64,000 bases of DNA from a virus. Positions 55,123-63,797 of this stretch are shown in pieces. The DNA is taken from positions 32,336-96,335 of IMG/VR virus record IMGVR_UViG_3300045988_121434, one strand, 5' to 3'. The translations under genes and the position numbers were made by a program. Position 1 is the stretch's first letter; the number at the start of each line of letters is the position of its first letter. The notes under the pieces were generated by a model, which made no database searches, had not been told where the DNA came from, and saw only the letters and a list, made by a program, of their open reading frames with translations.

Positions 55123-56430
55123 ATGAAAAGGATAGTGAGAGGTAATGACTTCACCATGAGGATACCCGTAGTGAAGATAGTTGAGGGCGAGAAGGTGGCG
55201 TTCCCGTTGCCGGGCTGTACCGACATCGTGGTGAGGTTGTGCTCGGCGTACAGGCGGCTGGAGCTGGCTCACACAATAGACGCGAAAGAGGACAACGTGA
55301 TTGTGGCGAGGGTCGAGGGAGACCAGATACCACTGGGCACTTACGCGCTGGAGGTGCGCGGCAAAATCTTCGGCAACGACTGGCGAAGCAACGAGTATGA
55401 GCAGGTGGCTATCGTTGACAGGAACGCTGACGCCGACACGGAGCTGGGCGAGACCGACGAGGGCGAGAACTCGGTGGAGATGGACACGGCTGTGGTGGTG
55501 CTGCCGCCTGACAGGGAGCTGGAAGCGCTGGTGAAGGAGGCGCAGGCGAGCGTGGAAAGCATAACGGGAGCGGTGGATAAGGCAGAATCTGCCGTGACCA
55601 ACGCCGAGAAAGCCGTGAAAGAGGCAGAGAGGATAGACATAGACCTGCGAGGCACGGACTTGGAAATAACACGCAAGAGCGGCGAGAAGAAGGGGTTTGA
55701 CCTCTTGCAGCTGAGAGGCGAGCAAGGGCCACAAGGTGACAAGGGTGAGAAGGGTGAGAAGGGCAACGCGTTCACTTACGCCGACTTCACGCAAGAGCAG
55801 ATTGCGGCATTGCAGAAACCTGCCAAGGATGTGGCGAGCGAGGTGGAAGCCGCGGAAGAGAAGAGAGTGGAGAATGAAGCGGCAAGACAGGAGGCAGAGA
55901 AGAAGCGTGAAGCTTCCGAGGTAACTCGCACGAGAACGGAAACGGAGCGCGAGACCAACGAACAGGCACGACAAGCCAGCGAGACGACAAGGCAGACTGC
56001 GGAAGAGAAGCGAGAGGGCGACACGGCGACGGCGATAGCGACGATGAAAAGTGATACGTCCGCAGCCGTGAAGACCATGCAGGACGCTATGGTCTCACTG
56101 AATAAATACATGGACATAGTGAAGCTGCCCGTGGTGGAAACATTGGCAACGAACGTAGTCGTGGCTATGAGGGCTAATAAGGTGTATCGCTTCACCTTAG
56201 GAAATGAGCTGGAACTTAGTCTCAGCGCGCCCGATGACAAGACCGTGACCAATGAATACCAAGGCAGTTTCGACACGGGCGACGTGGCTCCAGCCGTGAC
56301 ATGGCCTGAAGGCGTTGTGTGGGATGCAACGCCTAATATTGGAACGAACTCACACGTTGAATTCAATATCAGATATACAGGAGGCAAGTTCTTTGGAGTA
56401 GCATTAGCGTGGGACTTGCCGACGAAATGA
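55123..56430 (+). CDS. Tail fibre-like protein with collagen-like triplets and a charged coiled coil
   Basis: It has GEQGPQGDKGEKGEKGNA (about 55716-55768), followed by an E/K/R/T-rich helical region. The ATG at 55123 lies inside the tracked ORF that starts at GTG 55069. Confidence 0.55.
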   Translation: MKRIVRGNDFTMRIPVVKIVEGEKVAFPLPGCTDIVVRLCSAYRRLELAHTIDAKEDNVIVARVEGDQIPLGTYALEVRGKIFGNDWRSNEYEQVAIVDRNADADTELGETDEGENSVEMDTAVVVLPPDRELEALVKEAQASVESITGAVDKAESAVTNAEKAVKEAERIDIDLRGTDLEITRKSGEKKGFDLLQLRGEQGPQGDKGEKGEKGNAFTYADFTQEQIAALQKPAKDVASEVEAAEEKRVENEAARQEAEKKREASEVTRTRTETERETNEQARQASETTRQTAEEKREGDTATAIATMKSDTSAAVKTMQDAMVSLNKYMDIVKLPVVETLATNVVVAMRANKVYRFTLGNELELSLSAPDDKTVTNEYQGSFDTGDVAPAVTWPEGVVWDATPNIGTNSHVEFNIRYTGGKFFGVALAWDLPTK

Positions 56431-56610
56431 AAAACACGATAAGGCAATAGACATGAGAACAGACATGAGAGGCAAACTCTACAGAGAAATTCTGCCGCCG
56501 GGATATCAACGGCTGGCATACATAAGAACAGAAAGGGAATATAGTGGCGGTATGCAATATAAAATAGCGATAGTGCCCGCCTTCGCTTCGCTTGAAGGAA
56601 GGAGGGCGGC

Positions 56611-57159
56611 ATGAGATGTGAGCGCAGGAAGATAATGGGGAACGTGCTTGATGCACCTGTTAGGTGGAAAGATAAGGAGGTGGCGACATACCTTGCGAGA
56701 ATAAAGGTAACGACTCGCCGTCAAGCGATGGCGAGTAATGATAACTTTTACGCGGCTTTCTCCTCTAACTCGAAGCTGCGGTGGTTTCCAGAATTCAAGT
56801 GGTTCGTGGGTGTGAGGAACCTGTTACGATACGCTTTCCGATACTGCCCGAACCTGGAGGAGATAGAACTGCCGAAGAACTTGACGTTCATAGGCGCGCA
56901 ATGCTTTGACGGCGACAAGAAGCTTGGGCCTGACTTCGTGATTCCCGTCGGGGTTGCGGAGATAGACTGGTACGCTTTCCATGACTGCACGGGCATCAAG
57001 AGGATGAAAGTGCTGAACCCTATACCACCAACGGGCACTGGCGATCCATCCGCGGTGACACAGTTCTATGTGCCAGATAAAAGCGTGGAGGCGTACCAGG
57101 CAGCGAGTGACTGGAGCAAAATGGCGGACAGGATTCACCCATTGAGCGAGTGGGCGTGA
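56611..57159 (+). CDS. BspA-type leucine-rich-repeat protein
   Basis: FRYCPNLEEIELPKNLTFIGAQCF...IPVGVAEIDWYAFHDCTGIKRMKV fits the F.gC..L..i.iP..v..Ig..aF repeat. Confidence 0.6.
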   Translation: MRCERRKIMGNVLDAPVRWKDKEVATYLARIKVTTRRQAMASNDNFYAAFSSNSKLRWFPEFKWFVGVRNLLRYAFRYCPNLEEIELPKNLTFIGAQCFDGDKKLGPDFVIPVGVAEIDWYAFHDCTGIKRMKVLNPIPPTGTGDPSAVTQFYVPDKSVEAYQAASDWSKMADRIHPLSEWA

Positions 57160-57227
57160 AGAGGGATGAGTGAAGAGTGAAGAATCTTTGAGGACGAGAT
57201 GGGCAATCATAATTAATACTTAAAAAC

Positions 57228-57752
57228 ATGACAGGGAAATGGATAAAGGACGGCGTTTTCGCCGACATGACGATGGAGATTAATGGCAGGATGGTGAGCA
57301 ACCCGACTGACGAGATGCTGCGCGAGGCTGGGTATGAGCCTTACGTGCCAAGCGAGAAGGAACTGCTGGCTCAGGCCAAGGAAACCAAGACGCAGGAGAT
57401 AGAGCGATACGACATCTCTGACAAGGTTAATGGCTTCAAGCTGAACGGCACGGTGTTTTGGCTGGACAAGGCGACGAGGGTCGGGTTGATGAACTCGACG
57501 GAGATAACGAAAGCGGCAGGGCAGGAGACGACCGACCTGTGGATGGGCGACGTGAAGCTGACGATACCCTGCGACACGGTGATTAAGCTGCTGTCGGCTA
57601 TAGAGCTGTACGCGCTGGAATGCTTCAACACGACGGCAAGGCACAAGGCTGAGGTGGCTGAGCTAAAGACAGTGGAAGAGGTTGAGAAGTATGACATTAA
57701 GGAAGGCTACCCGAAGCAGCTGGAGATAAACCTATCCGGGCTGGATAGGTAA
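57228..57752 (+). CDS. Hypothetical fibre-associated protein
   Basis: 174-codon ORF between the LRR protein and the endolysin. It might be a tail-fibre assembly-type protein, but this is recollection only. Confidence 0.4.
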   Translation: MTGKWIKDGVFADMTMEINGRMVSNPTDEMLREAGYEPYVPSEKELLAQAKETKTQEIERYDISDKVNGFKLNGTVFWLDKATRVGLMNSTEITKAAGQETTDLWMGDVKLTIPCDTVIKLLSAIELYALECFNTTARHKAEVAELKTVEEVEKYDIKEGYPKQLEINLSGLDR

Positions 57753-58321
57753 TGTCAATAACAACGGTAACAATAAAAAAACAGGAGGCAGAAAAGATGC
57801 TGGCAAGTGAATTAGTTAGCCTTTTCGGAAAAGGAAAGGAAAGGCAGATATTCGAGATAGTGAGAACCATGAACCCATTGATGGCGGAATATGGATTCAA
57901 TACGGTGAGGAGACTGAGATACTTCCTGGCGCAGATTGGGCACGAGAGCGCGGGGCTGACGTACACTAAGGAGATAGCGTCGGGCAAGGCGTATGAGGGC
58001 AGGAAAGATCTTGGGAACGTGTATGCCGGTGACGGGGTGAAATTTAAGGGCCGTGGCTACTTGCAGATTACTGGCAGGAAGAACTACACGCTGCTGCAAG
58101 CGGACACGGGAATACAGTGCCTTGAGTGCCCTGAGCTACTGGAGCGGCCGAAATACGCGATACTCTCGGCCTTGTGGTTCTGGAGACGGAACAACCTGAA
58201 CATCTACGCGGACAAAGACGCTTATACGGCTCTCACCAAGCGGATAAATGGCGGCACGAACGGCATGGCCGACCGCTTGGCGTGGCTGAAGAAGGCGAAC
58301 AGCTGCATATCGGAGGTGTAA
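57752..58321 (+). CDS. Endolysin, glycoside hydrolase family 19 (chitinase-like)
   Basis: YFLAQIGHESAGLTYTKE...GRKDLGNVYAGDGVKFKGRGYLQITGRKNY...ALWFW...INGGTNGMADR is the classic GH19 phage lysin signature. Confidence 0.85.
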   Translation: MSITTVTIKKQEAEKMLASELVSLFGKGKERQIFEIVRTMNPLMAEYGFNTVRRLRYFLAQIGHESAGLTYTKEIASGKAYEGRKDLGNVYAGDGVKFKGRGYLQITGRKNYTLLQADTGIQCLECPELLERPKYAILSALWFWRRNNLNIYADKDAYTALTKRINGGTNGMADRLAWLKKANSCISEV

Positions 58322-58351
58322 AGAAAATAAATTTTTATAGACAAGATAGAC

Positions 58352-58966
58352 ATGAACAAGAAAGAGAAAAACAATATTGTCGGGGTGATGGTGGCGGCGG
58401 TGTTCGTTGGCTTCTGCCTTGGGGCTGGGCTGGCTAACCACTGCAACCACCATTCGCGCGACGGCAAGGGAAAGGTGACTGTGGACACGGTGACGGTGAG
58501 GGACACGGTGCGAATTACGGAGCCCAGTGCGGCGGACAGCGTGGTGACGGGGGTGATACGGGTGCCGGTGGCACTCCCCACTGAACCGACCGTTCCCAAA
58601 GCAGAGATAGAGGTCTTTGAGCCGGGCCGCTTGTCTGAGGTCATGGACGGACATGCGGTTAACAAAGGTGGCTCAGAGGCGCAGGAAACGGGCAAAAATG
58701 CACGGGAAGACACGGTATGGGCCGTTGTACCTCGGACGCAGAAGCGATACGTGGACAGCACGTACATGGCGTGGATTAGCGGATATGAGCCGAGGCTGGA
58801 CAGCATTGAGGTATATCAGAAGACAATGGTTGTAACGAAGAGCGTAGAGGGGAGAGGAAAGAGTAAACGCTTCAACGTGGGGCTGACAGGTGGCTTCGGG
58901 TATGGGGTGTTCACGAGAAAGCCAGACGTGTGGGTGGGCGTGGGATGCACGTGGAGAATGTTTTAG
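58352..58966 (+). CDS. Membrane-anchored lysis accessory protein (spanin-like)
   Basis: It has an N-terminal TM helix (IVGVMVAAVFVGFCLGAGL) and lies directly downstream of the endolysin. Confidence 0.4.
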   Translation: MNKKEKNNIVGVMVAAVFVGFCLGAGLANHCNHHSRDGKGKVTVDTVTVRDTVRITEPSAADSVVTGVIRVPVALPTEPTVPKAEIEVFEPGRLSEVMDGHAVNKGGSEAQETGKNAREDTVWAVVPRTQKRYVDSTYMAWISGYEPRLDSIEVYQKTMVVTKSVEGRGKSKRFNVGLTGGFGYGVFTRKPDVWVGVGCTWRMF

Positions 58967-59049
58967 TTATGATGGAAGAAGCTCTTTGAGGGCGATAGGC
59001 CTTTGTAGACTTTATAGACTGATATAGATTTTTAAGGCAAAACAAGATT

Positions 59050-59571
59050 ATGATGATTTCGATTATAGCGTTTGCGGTGCTGGCCGCGTATTTGGGCATT
59101 ATGGCATGGAGGTTCGGGCTCCCTGAAATGGTGAGCGACACGTTCTATCAGCTTGAGGGCTGGAGGAAGAACGCTGGGTTCGTGTTCTCCATGGTGATGA
59201 TGTGCAGCGCGCTCGTCATGCTGCCCGTGATGCTGGAGTCAGGCGGCGCGCAACCGCTGGCGTTCCTGGGCTGCGTGGGGCTCATGTTCGTGGGCGTCGC
59301 GCCTAACTACTGCGACAGGGACACGTACCCGGTACACAAGGGCGGCGCGATGGTTGCGGCCATTGGCTGCGTGGGCTGGGCGACGAGCGTGAACTGGTGG
59401 CCTACGGTGCTGGTGGCGTCCATGTACGCGGCGTATGTGGCCGTGGCGGAGGCGTACAAGATTCTTGATAACGTGTGGTACATGAGCAGGGGCAAGACGT
59501 ACTTCCACAGGCTCTACTGGGCCGAGGTGGCAGGGTTTGTGGACGTGTGGCTGACGCTGTGGACGGAGTGA
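59050..59571 (+). CDS. Polytopic membrane protein
   Basis: 173 aa with 5-6 hydrophobic helices. It is the last gene with the high-GC3 composition. Confidence 0.5.
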   Translation: MMISIIAFAVLAAYLGIMAWRFGLPEMVSDTFYQLEGWRKNAGFVFSMVMMCSALVMLPVMLESGGAQPLAFLGCVGLMFVGVAPNYCDRDTYPVHKGGAMVAAIGCVGWATSVNWWPTVLVASMYAAYVAVAEAYKILDNVWYMSRGKTYFHRLYWAEVAGFVDVWLTLWTE

Positions 59572-59755
59572 GGAAAGGAAAGAAGAGGAACGAAGAGAAG
59601 AGGAAAGAAGATAGGCATGGTGGCCAAAGGTAAAAGAGATTATTCAGGATAACGTATTTGATTTAGTTTTTGGTTTTATTTTTGAGTAAAAGGTTAATTA
59701 AACAGATGAGGGGTCAGCCGTCGGGAGACGGCTGGCTTCTCGAAGCCGTGGCAAA

Positions 59756-59783
59756 CCGTGAGGGTCTGTCACGGTTTTGTTTC
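59756..59783 (+). terminator. Intrinsic terminator at the end of the late operon
   Basis: The stem is CCGTGA / TCACGG, the loop is GGGTCTG, and it is followed by TTTTGTTT. It is preceded by a second hairpin, CAGCCGTC-GGGA-GACGGCTG, at 59715-59734. Confidence 0.55.
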
Positions 59784-59898
59784 TGGGATATAATAGATGG
59801 TTGACAGGTGGAATGGTGGTAGGAAGATTGTTTGGAAAGAGTGAAAGAATTTAAGTAAAATATTTCGGAAAAAGTTTGTGGCATAGAAATATTTTCCG

Positions 59899-59906
59899 TA
59901 TCTTTG
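59899..59906 (+). promoter_or_regulatory. Bacteroidota-type -7 box (TATCTTTG) with upstream TTTG, no ORF downstream
   Basis: TAnnTTTG, with a TTTG about 20 nt upstream. The next 230 nt or so have no credible ORF. Confidence 0.35.
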
Positions 59907-60472
59907 TGGATATAAAGAACTCTCTTTTAGTGAATTAATGTGTAAAGGCTAAAGTTGTATAAGTAACAAGGGACTTGGACAGGTAGCATTCCTTCTTTCT
60001 GAAATATCTAATAATAATTCAGAGGAGCTACTTGTCAACGTGGTTAACGCGAGTGCTGTGACAGCACGAGAGACTGCGGTTTTGGTTCATATTGATTAGA
60101 AGGTTAAAGATTGTTATGATTTTAACGATTATGTAAATGTTTCTTGAGTTATGTGGTTAGAGAACCAGCGGATGCCGTTCTTGTCGTGACAGACAGGGAC
60201 GGCACGAGTGTTTTTAGGCGTGGATGTTGGCTTTGGCGAGGAGTGTATGGACATGATGACTGGCGGGACGTTATGTCCTTGACGACGTGGTAGCGAGCGC
60301 AGTCGGTGTGTTCGTGGCATTCGTAGTGGTAAAATGGGATTTGTATGGTAGTAATGGAAAAGGCTCGCTATCCTCACGGACAACAAGCCTAACAAAACAT
60401 TTTAATATTTTTAGATTATGAAATCTAAAAGTATTTGCAAAGTTATGTGTTTTTTGCGAGATACGCAAATTT

Positions 60473-61060
60473 TCAGTATTTCAACATTCCATTGTAGATG
60501 TAGCCGGTGTAAGTGATGTTGACATTACGGGCGTAGTCGCCGTTTTCCTCTGTCAGTTCATCGGCATGGAATTTCACTGTGTATTTCGGGTGGCTGTATC
60601 CGTCGGTCTCGCCGAGGTATTGTAGTTCTACCCAGGCTCCCTTGGCTATTGTCCCAGTCTCGTCTTCGTCATACCCGACACGGAGTGTGTTTTTCACGTA
60701 TTCTTTCCACTGATTGAATCCGTCTATATTAGCCGACACGTCAGCTAACTTATAACGACCGCTTTCATGGTGTTTTACGGGTGTGTCCTTGATGATGAAG
60801 GAAACGATGTAGTAGTCGGTCTTTGTGTTTCCGACCATGGGGTCGCTGCTCATTGTGTACGACTCCCAGCCATACTTGTTTACCTCACAGCTTGCGTCTT
60901 TCACAACCTTGCTTTTTACCATTGAGGCGAAAGGCGACTCCACGGGTACATACGCTTCTTCTTCGTCACCATCACTTCCTCCGCAGGCGGTCATCCCCGT
61001 GCCAATGCCTATGATGCAGAGGGTGATGATGAGCCAGTTCTTGATTTTTGTTCTTTTCAT
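60473..61060 (-). CDS. Lipoprotein
   Basis: It has a signal peptide with a lipobox (LCIIGIGTGMTAC-GGSDGDEEE). Confidence 0.7.
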   Translation of the reverse strand: MKRTKIKNWLIITLCIIGIGTGMTACGGSDGDEEEAYVPVESPFASMVKSKVVKDASCEVNKYGWESYTMSSDPMVGNTKTDYYIVSFIIKDTPVKHHESGRYKLADVSANIDGFNQWKEYVKNTLRVGYDEDETGTIAKGAWVELQYLGETDGYSHPKYTVKFHADELTEENGDYARNVNITYTGYIYNGMLKY

Positions 61061-61418
61061 AGTCTCTAAAAAACCGTTTGATGAATTAATAATATGTTTT
61101 TACTTTCGTACTTATGTACTTTAATACGTTAGTTCTTTTTGTGTTTTTTTGTGTCTTCTGTTGTTCTCTCCTCCCCACCATGTCCGATGTTTCACGCGCG
61201 TTTTTGTACCTTTATTAGTGAAAAGTTCGAGGTGTCGGACTGGATGCGGAATCATAGAGCAACCGTAAAGGACGCGTAAAGGACGCATAGAGCACGCTAA
61301 AGGCTGTTTTTAGGCCGTTTTCGGCTGTTTTCTTACCGAATGTTTCACGATTTTCGTTGTCCGCCCATGCCCACGTTTTCCAGTAATTCTTTTATTCACA
61401 CCTTAAACCAATATCAGT

Positions 61419-61862
61419 ATGGCAAAGGTTACTTTTTCAACGGACATTCAGTCCATTTCGGGTAAGTTGTGCTCCAAAGAGGGCGTGGTTTACAGTGTTA
61501 ATCAACAGACGGGCAAGACCTACCGTTCCGACCGTCACGGTTATTCCGACCCTAAAACTGAAGAGCAGCAGACCATCCGCGCCACCTTCAAGAAGAAGGC
61601 GCAACTCGCCTCTGCATGGTGGAAGCAGAACCGCCCGTCCGACAAGTCAGCCAAAGGCACGGAGGCTTACCTCTCCGTGATGAAGGCGTACAAGGCGCAG
61701 CACAAAATCGGCAACCCCTACAGCTTCATGCGCTCCCTCGTCACCGACGACCTCAAGGTCGTGCTCTCCGGCAACGACATCACAGGTGGCGTAACCACAG
61801 GCGGCTCCACCACGGGTGGCGGCAGCGGCTCAACGGGCAATTCAGGCGAGGTGGACGGATAG
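61419..61862 (+). CDS. Hypothetical protein (paralogue of 27729-28085) with Gly/Thr/Ser-rich tail
   Basis: It shares MAK...IQSISGKL and KAQHKIGNPYSFM with the ORF at 27729. The C-terminus is GGVTTGGSTTGGGSGSTGNSG. Confidence 0.55.
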   Translation: MAKVTFSTDIQSISGKLCSKEGVVYSVNQQTGKTYRSDRHGYSDPKTEEQQTIRATFKKKAQLASAWWKQNRPSDKSAKGTEAYLSVMKAYKAQHKIGNPYSFMRSLVTDDLKVVLSGNDITGGVTTGGSTTGGGSGSTGNSGEVDG

Positions 61863-61926
61863 TCCGTCATTTCGCTAATGCGGTCATTTCCCACGGTAGG
61901 CACACACGGGCTTGCCGTGGGATTTT

Positions 61927-62286
61927 TTATTCTTCGGGCAGCAATACCACGCCTACGCGGACCTTTGCTCCACAATGAGGGCAGAAAGCGGTGGTGTTGA
62001 CGGTGGACTGCGTTTCCTCTTGTGTATTGTTTTCTTTCTCCTCTTTTTCTTCGTTGAACAAAAGAGTGTTGCTTTCAGGATTTGCTGAACCGTCTATTGG
62101 GTAAAACAGGTCGGTAATGTCACATTCCAGCTTCTCGCAAAGGTCTTCCAACCGCCTTACCGTAGGATTACCCTTGATATAATTCTGAATGATGTTCTGC
62201 GTCTTTAGGTCGAACTTCTGGCAGAAAGACGTAATAGTATAACCACGCTCTGTAATGGCGCGACGGATGTCTATTTTCGTTCTCAT
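61927..62286 (-). CDS. XRE-family HTH regulator with C-terminal zinc-ribbon-like motif
   Basis: ITERGYTITSFCQKFDLKTQNIIQNYIKGNPTVRRLEDLCEKLECDITDLF is an HTH_3-like pattern. The C-terminus has FCPHCGAKV. Confidence 0.65.
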   Translation of the reverse strand: MRTKIDIRRAITERGYTITSFCQKFDLKTQNIIQNYIKGNPTVRRLEDLCEKLECDITDLFYPIDGSANPESNTLLFNEEKEEKENNTQEETQSTVNTTAFCPHCGAKVRVGVVLLPEE

Positions 62287-62311
62287 ATATATAATTGTAT
62301 TATTTTGGTTG

Positions 62312-62319
62312 CAAAGTTA
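62312..62319 (-). promoter_or_regulatory. Bacteroidota-type -7 box (TAACTTTG) for the XRE gene
   Basis: TAnnTTTG on the minus strand, 26 nt upstream of the ATG at 62286. Confidence 0.4.
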
Positions 62320-62915
62320 GTTTATATATTTGTATTATGCGAGTATTTTGCAAAATTAATTATTGTATATATTTATTTTGCATAGAATTATGTGTTTTTG
62401 GTCTATTTGTGTCGCTTTTATGTGTATCGTTTATCGAGAACTTGGATAGAATACGTTTGGTTTTCCTCGTCAGAATTAAATATCTACCCCTATAAATAGC
62501 TAATAATCAACGCTTTAACCAACACGCCACTTTGCGAAAGCTCACCCAAAAGGAGCACCTAAATAATTGATAATTAGAGCAATCGCATCCCTAAACTCCA
62601 CCCCGAAACCTCGATTCAGAAGCAAGACTGCCCGCCGCGCTGAGGAGCCTTGCGTGCCCCCGCCAGCGTGTCCGGCTGTGAATATGCGGGCGAGGCTGTC
62701 AGGATGGCAGCCACCACCAGCCACCAGGGAGGAAGCCACCAGCCATTAAGGGAGGAACACCACCAGAACCGCAACCTTATATATAATAAGGTATGCAATT
62801 ATATCTATTTGCAAATAAGTGTAAACAAATCATATATATTTGTTTAAGGAAGTTAAAAACAAATATATACAATAACTTTTTAATCGAAATATTTGGTTAT
62901 TACAATTATATGTAG

Positions 62916-62923
62916 TACCTTTG
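62916..62923 (+). promoter_or_regulatory. Bacteroidota-type -7 box (TACCTTTG)
   Basis: TAnnTTTG, with a TTTG about 20 nt upstream. It lies 65 nt before the ATG at 62988. Confidence 0.4.
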
Positions 62924-62987
62924 CAACTGTAAAACAAAACAATAACATAAAGCTGGGGGCAACAGTTTAAAATTCCGCATTAAAACA

Positions 62988-63341
62988 ATGAATAAGCAAC
63001 AAATTAAAGTTATGATCGCACTTGCAGCGATCGCAATGGCTAACAAAGAAGGCTTTACCGTGGACGCTGCCAACTTGCAGCCGGTGACAAGCGGCTACGC
63101 TGTAGCCGTTGCAGATACTCAAAACTCGTTCGGCTTCGAGGGTTTGGCAAACGTCGTTAAATACGTTAGCGCACATCCGGAAATTAACGCTTTTGGCGGT
63201 TGGTACAATAGCGAAAATAATATGTATTATTTTGATGCTATTGTAATAGTTAACGATTTAGAGGCTGCTAAGGAGTTAGGCCGCGTTAATAAGCAAATAG
63301 CAATTTTCGATCTTGCAAACTTAAAAGAAATAAGATTGTAA
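62988..63341 (+). CDS. Hypothetical protein
   Basis: 117-codon ORF whose AT-rich codon usage differs from the phage body. Confidence 0.5.
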   Translation: MNKQQIKVMIALAAIAMANKEGFTVDAANLQPVTSGYAVAVADTQNSFGFEGLANVVKYVSAHPEINAFGGWYNSENNMYYFDAIVIVNDLEAAKELGRVNKQIAIFDLANLKEIRL

Positions 63342-63351
63342 GTAATAACCG

Positions 63352-63370
63352 GGACCGGCGGCGCCGGTCC
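63352..63370 (+). terminator. GC-rich hairpin after ORF 62988-63341
   Basis: It has a perfect 8-bp stem, GGACCGGC-GGC-GCCGGTCC, and a weak T tract. Confidence 0.4.
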
Positions 63371-63401
63371 TTACATCTAACAATAATAAAATACTTACAT
63401 T

Positions 63402-63752
63402 ATGATTTATAACAAAGAAATAAACGGGGTAAAATTTACGTTTGTTTGCGAGTCTTGGAGAGCTTGTAACAGTTGGGGACACGAAGTAACATTATATAAA
63501 AATGATACTTTCAGAGTAGGCCGGGCAAAGGTACGCTATTACAATAGAACGTGGGAATGTTACCAGTACCAGAGAGCTATAAAAAGCGTTATTTATAACG
63601 CTATCGAAGAAATAAAAGCGGTTGCAAAAAAGGTGTTTTTAACTTTGCATAACTACAAAGTTATGACAAAAAAACGCGCGGCCGAATTTACCGAATATCT
63701 TACAAAAGATCCGGCTTATAATATGTATAATGAATTATACAGAATGTTTTAA
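63402..63752 (+). CDS. Hypothetical protein
   Basis: 116-codon ORF, AT-rich. Confidence 0.5.
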   Translation: MIYNKEINGVKFTFVCESWRACNSWGHEVTLYKNDTFRVGRAKVRYYNRTWECYQYQRAIKSVIYNAIEEIKAVAKKVFLTLHNYKVMTKKRAAEFTEYLTKDPAYNMYNELYRMF

Positions 63753-63758
63753 CCGTTC

Positions 63759-63790
63759 ACGGGCTGCAATTTGTTTGCAGCCCGTTTTTT
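63759..63790 (+). terminator. Intrinsic terminator
   Basis: The 11-bp stem is ACGGGCTGCAA / TTGCAGCCCGT, the loop is TTTGT, and it is followed by a T6 run. Confidence 0.75.
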
Positions 63791-63797
63791 ATTTTTT

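Noticed and set aside
60129-60395. An 88-codon minus-strand ORF.
   Set aside because: It is P/R/S/T-rich with a non-ATG start and no coding-like periodicity. I treated the region as non-coding (see the ncRNA-locus finding).
59580-62990. tRNA, tmRNA or suppressor tRNA in the non-coding stretches (also checked at 25200-26020 and 34840-35210).
   Set aside because: No cloverleaf-compatible sequence with a T-loop (GTTCRANYC-like) or conserved D-loop elements was recognised by eye. A tRNAscan or ARAGORN run would be the decisive check.
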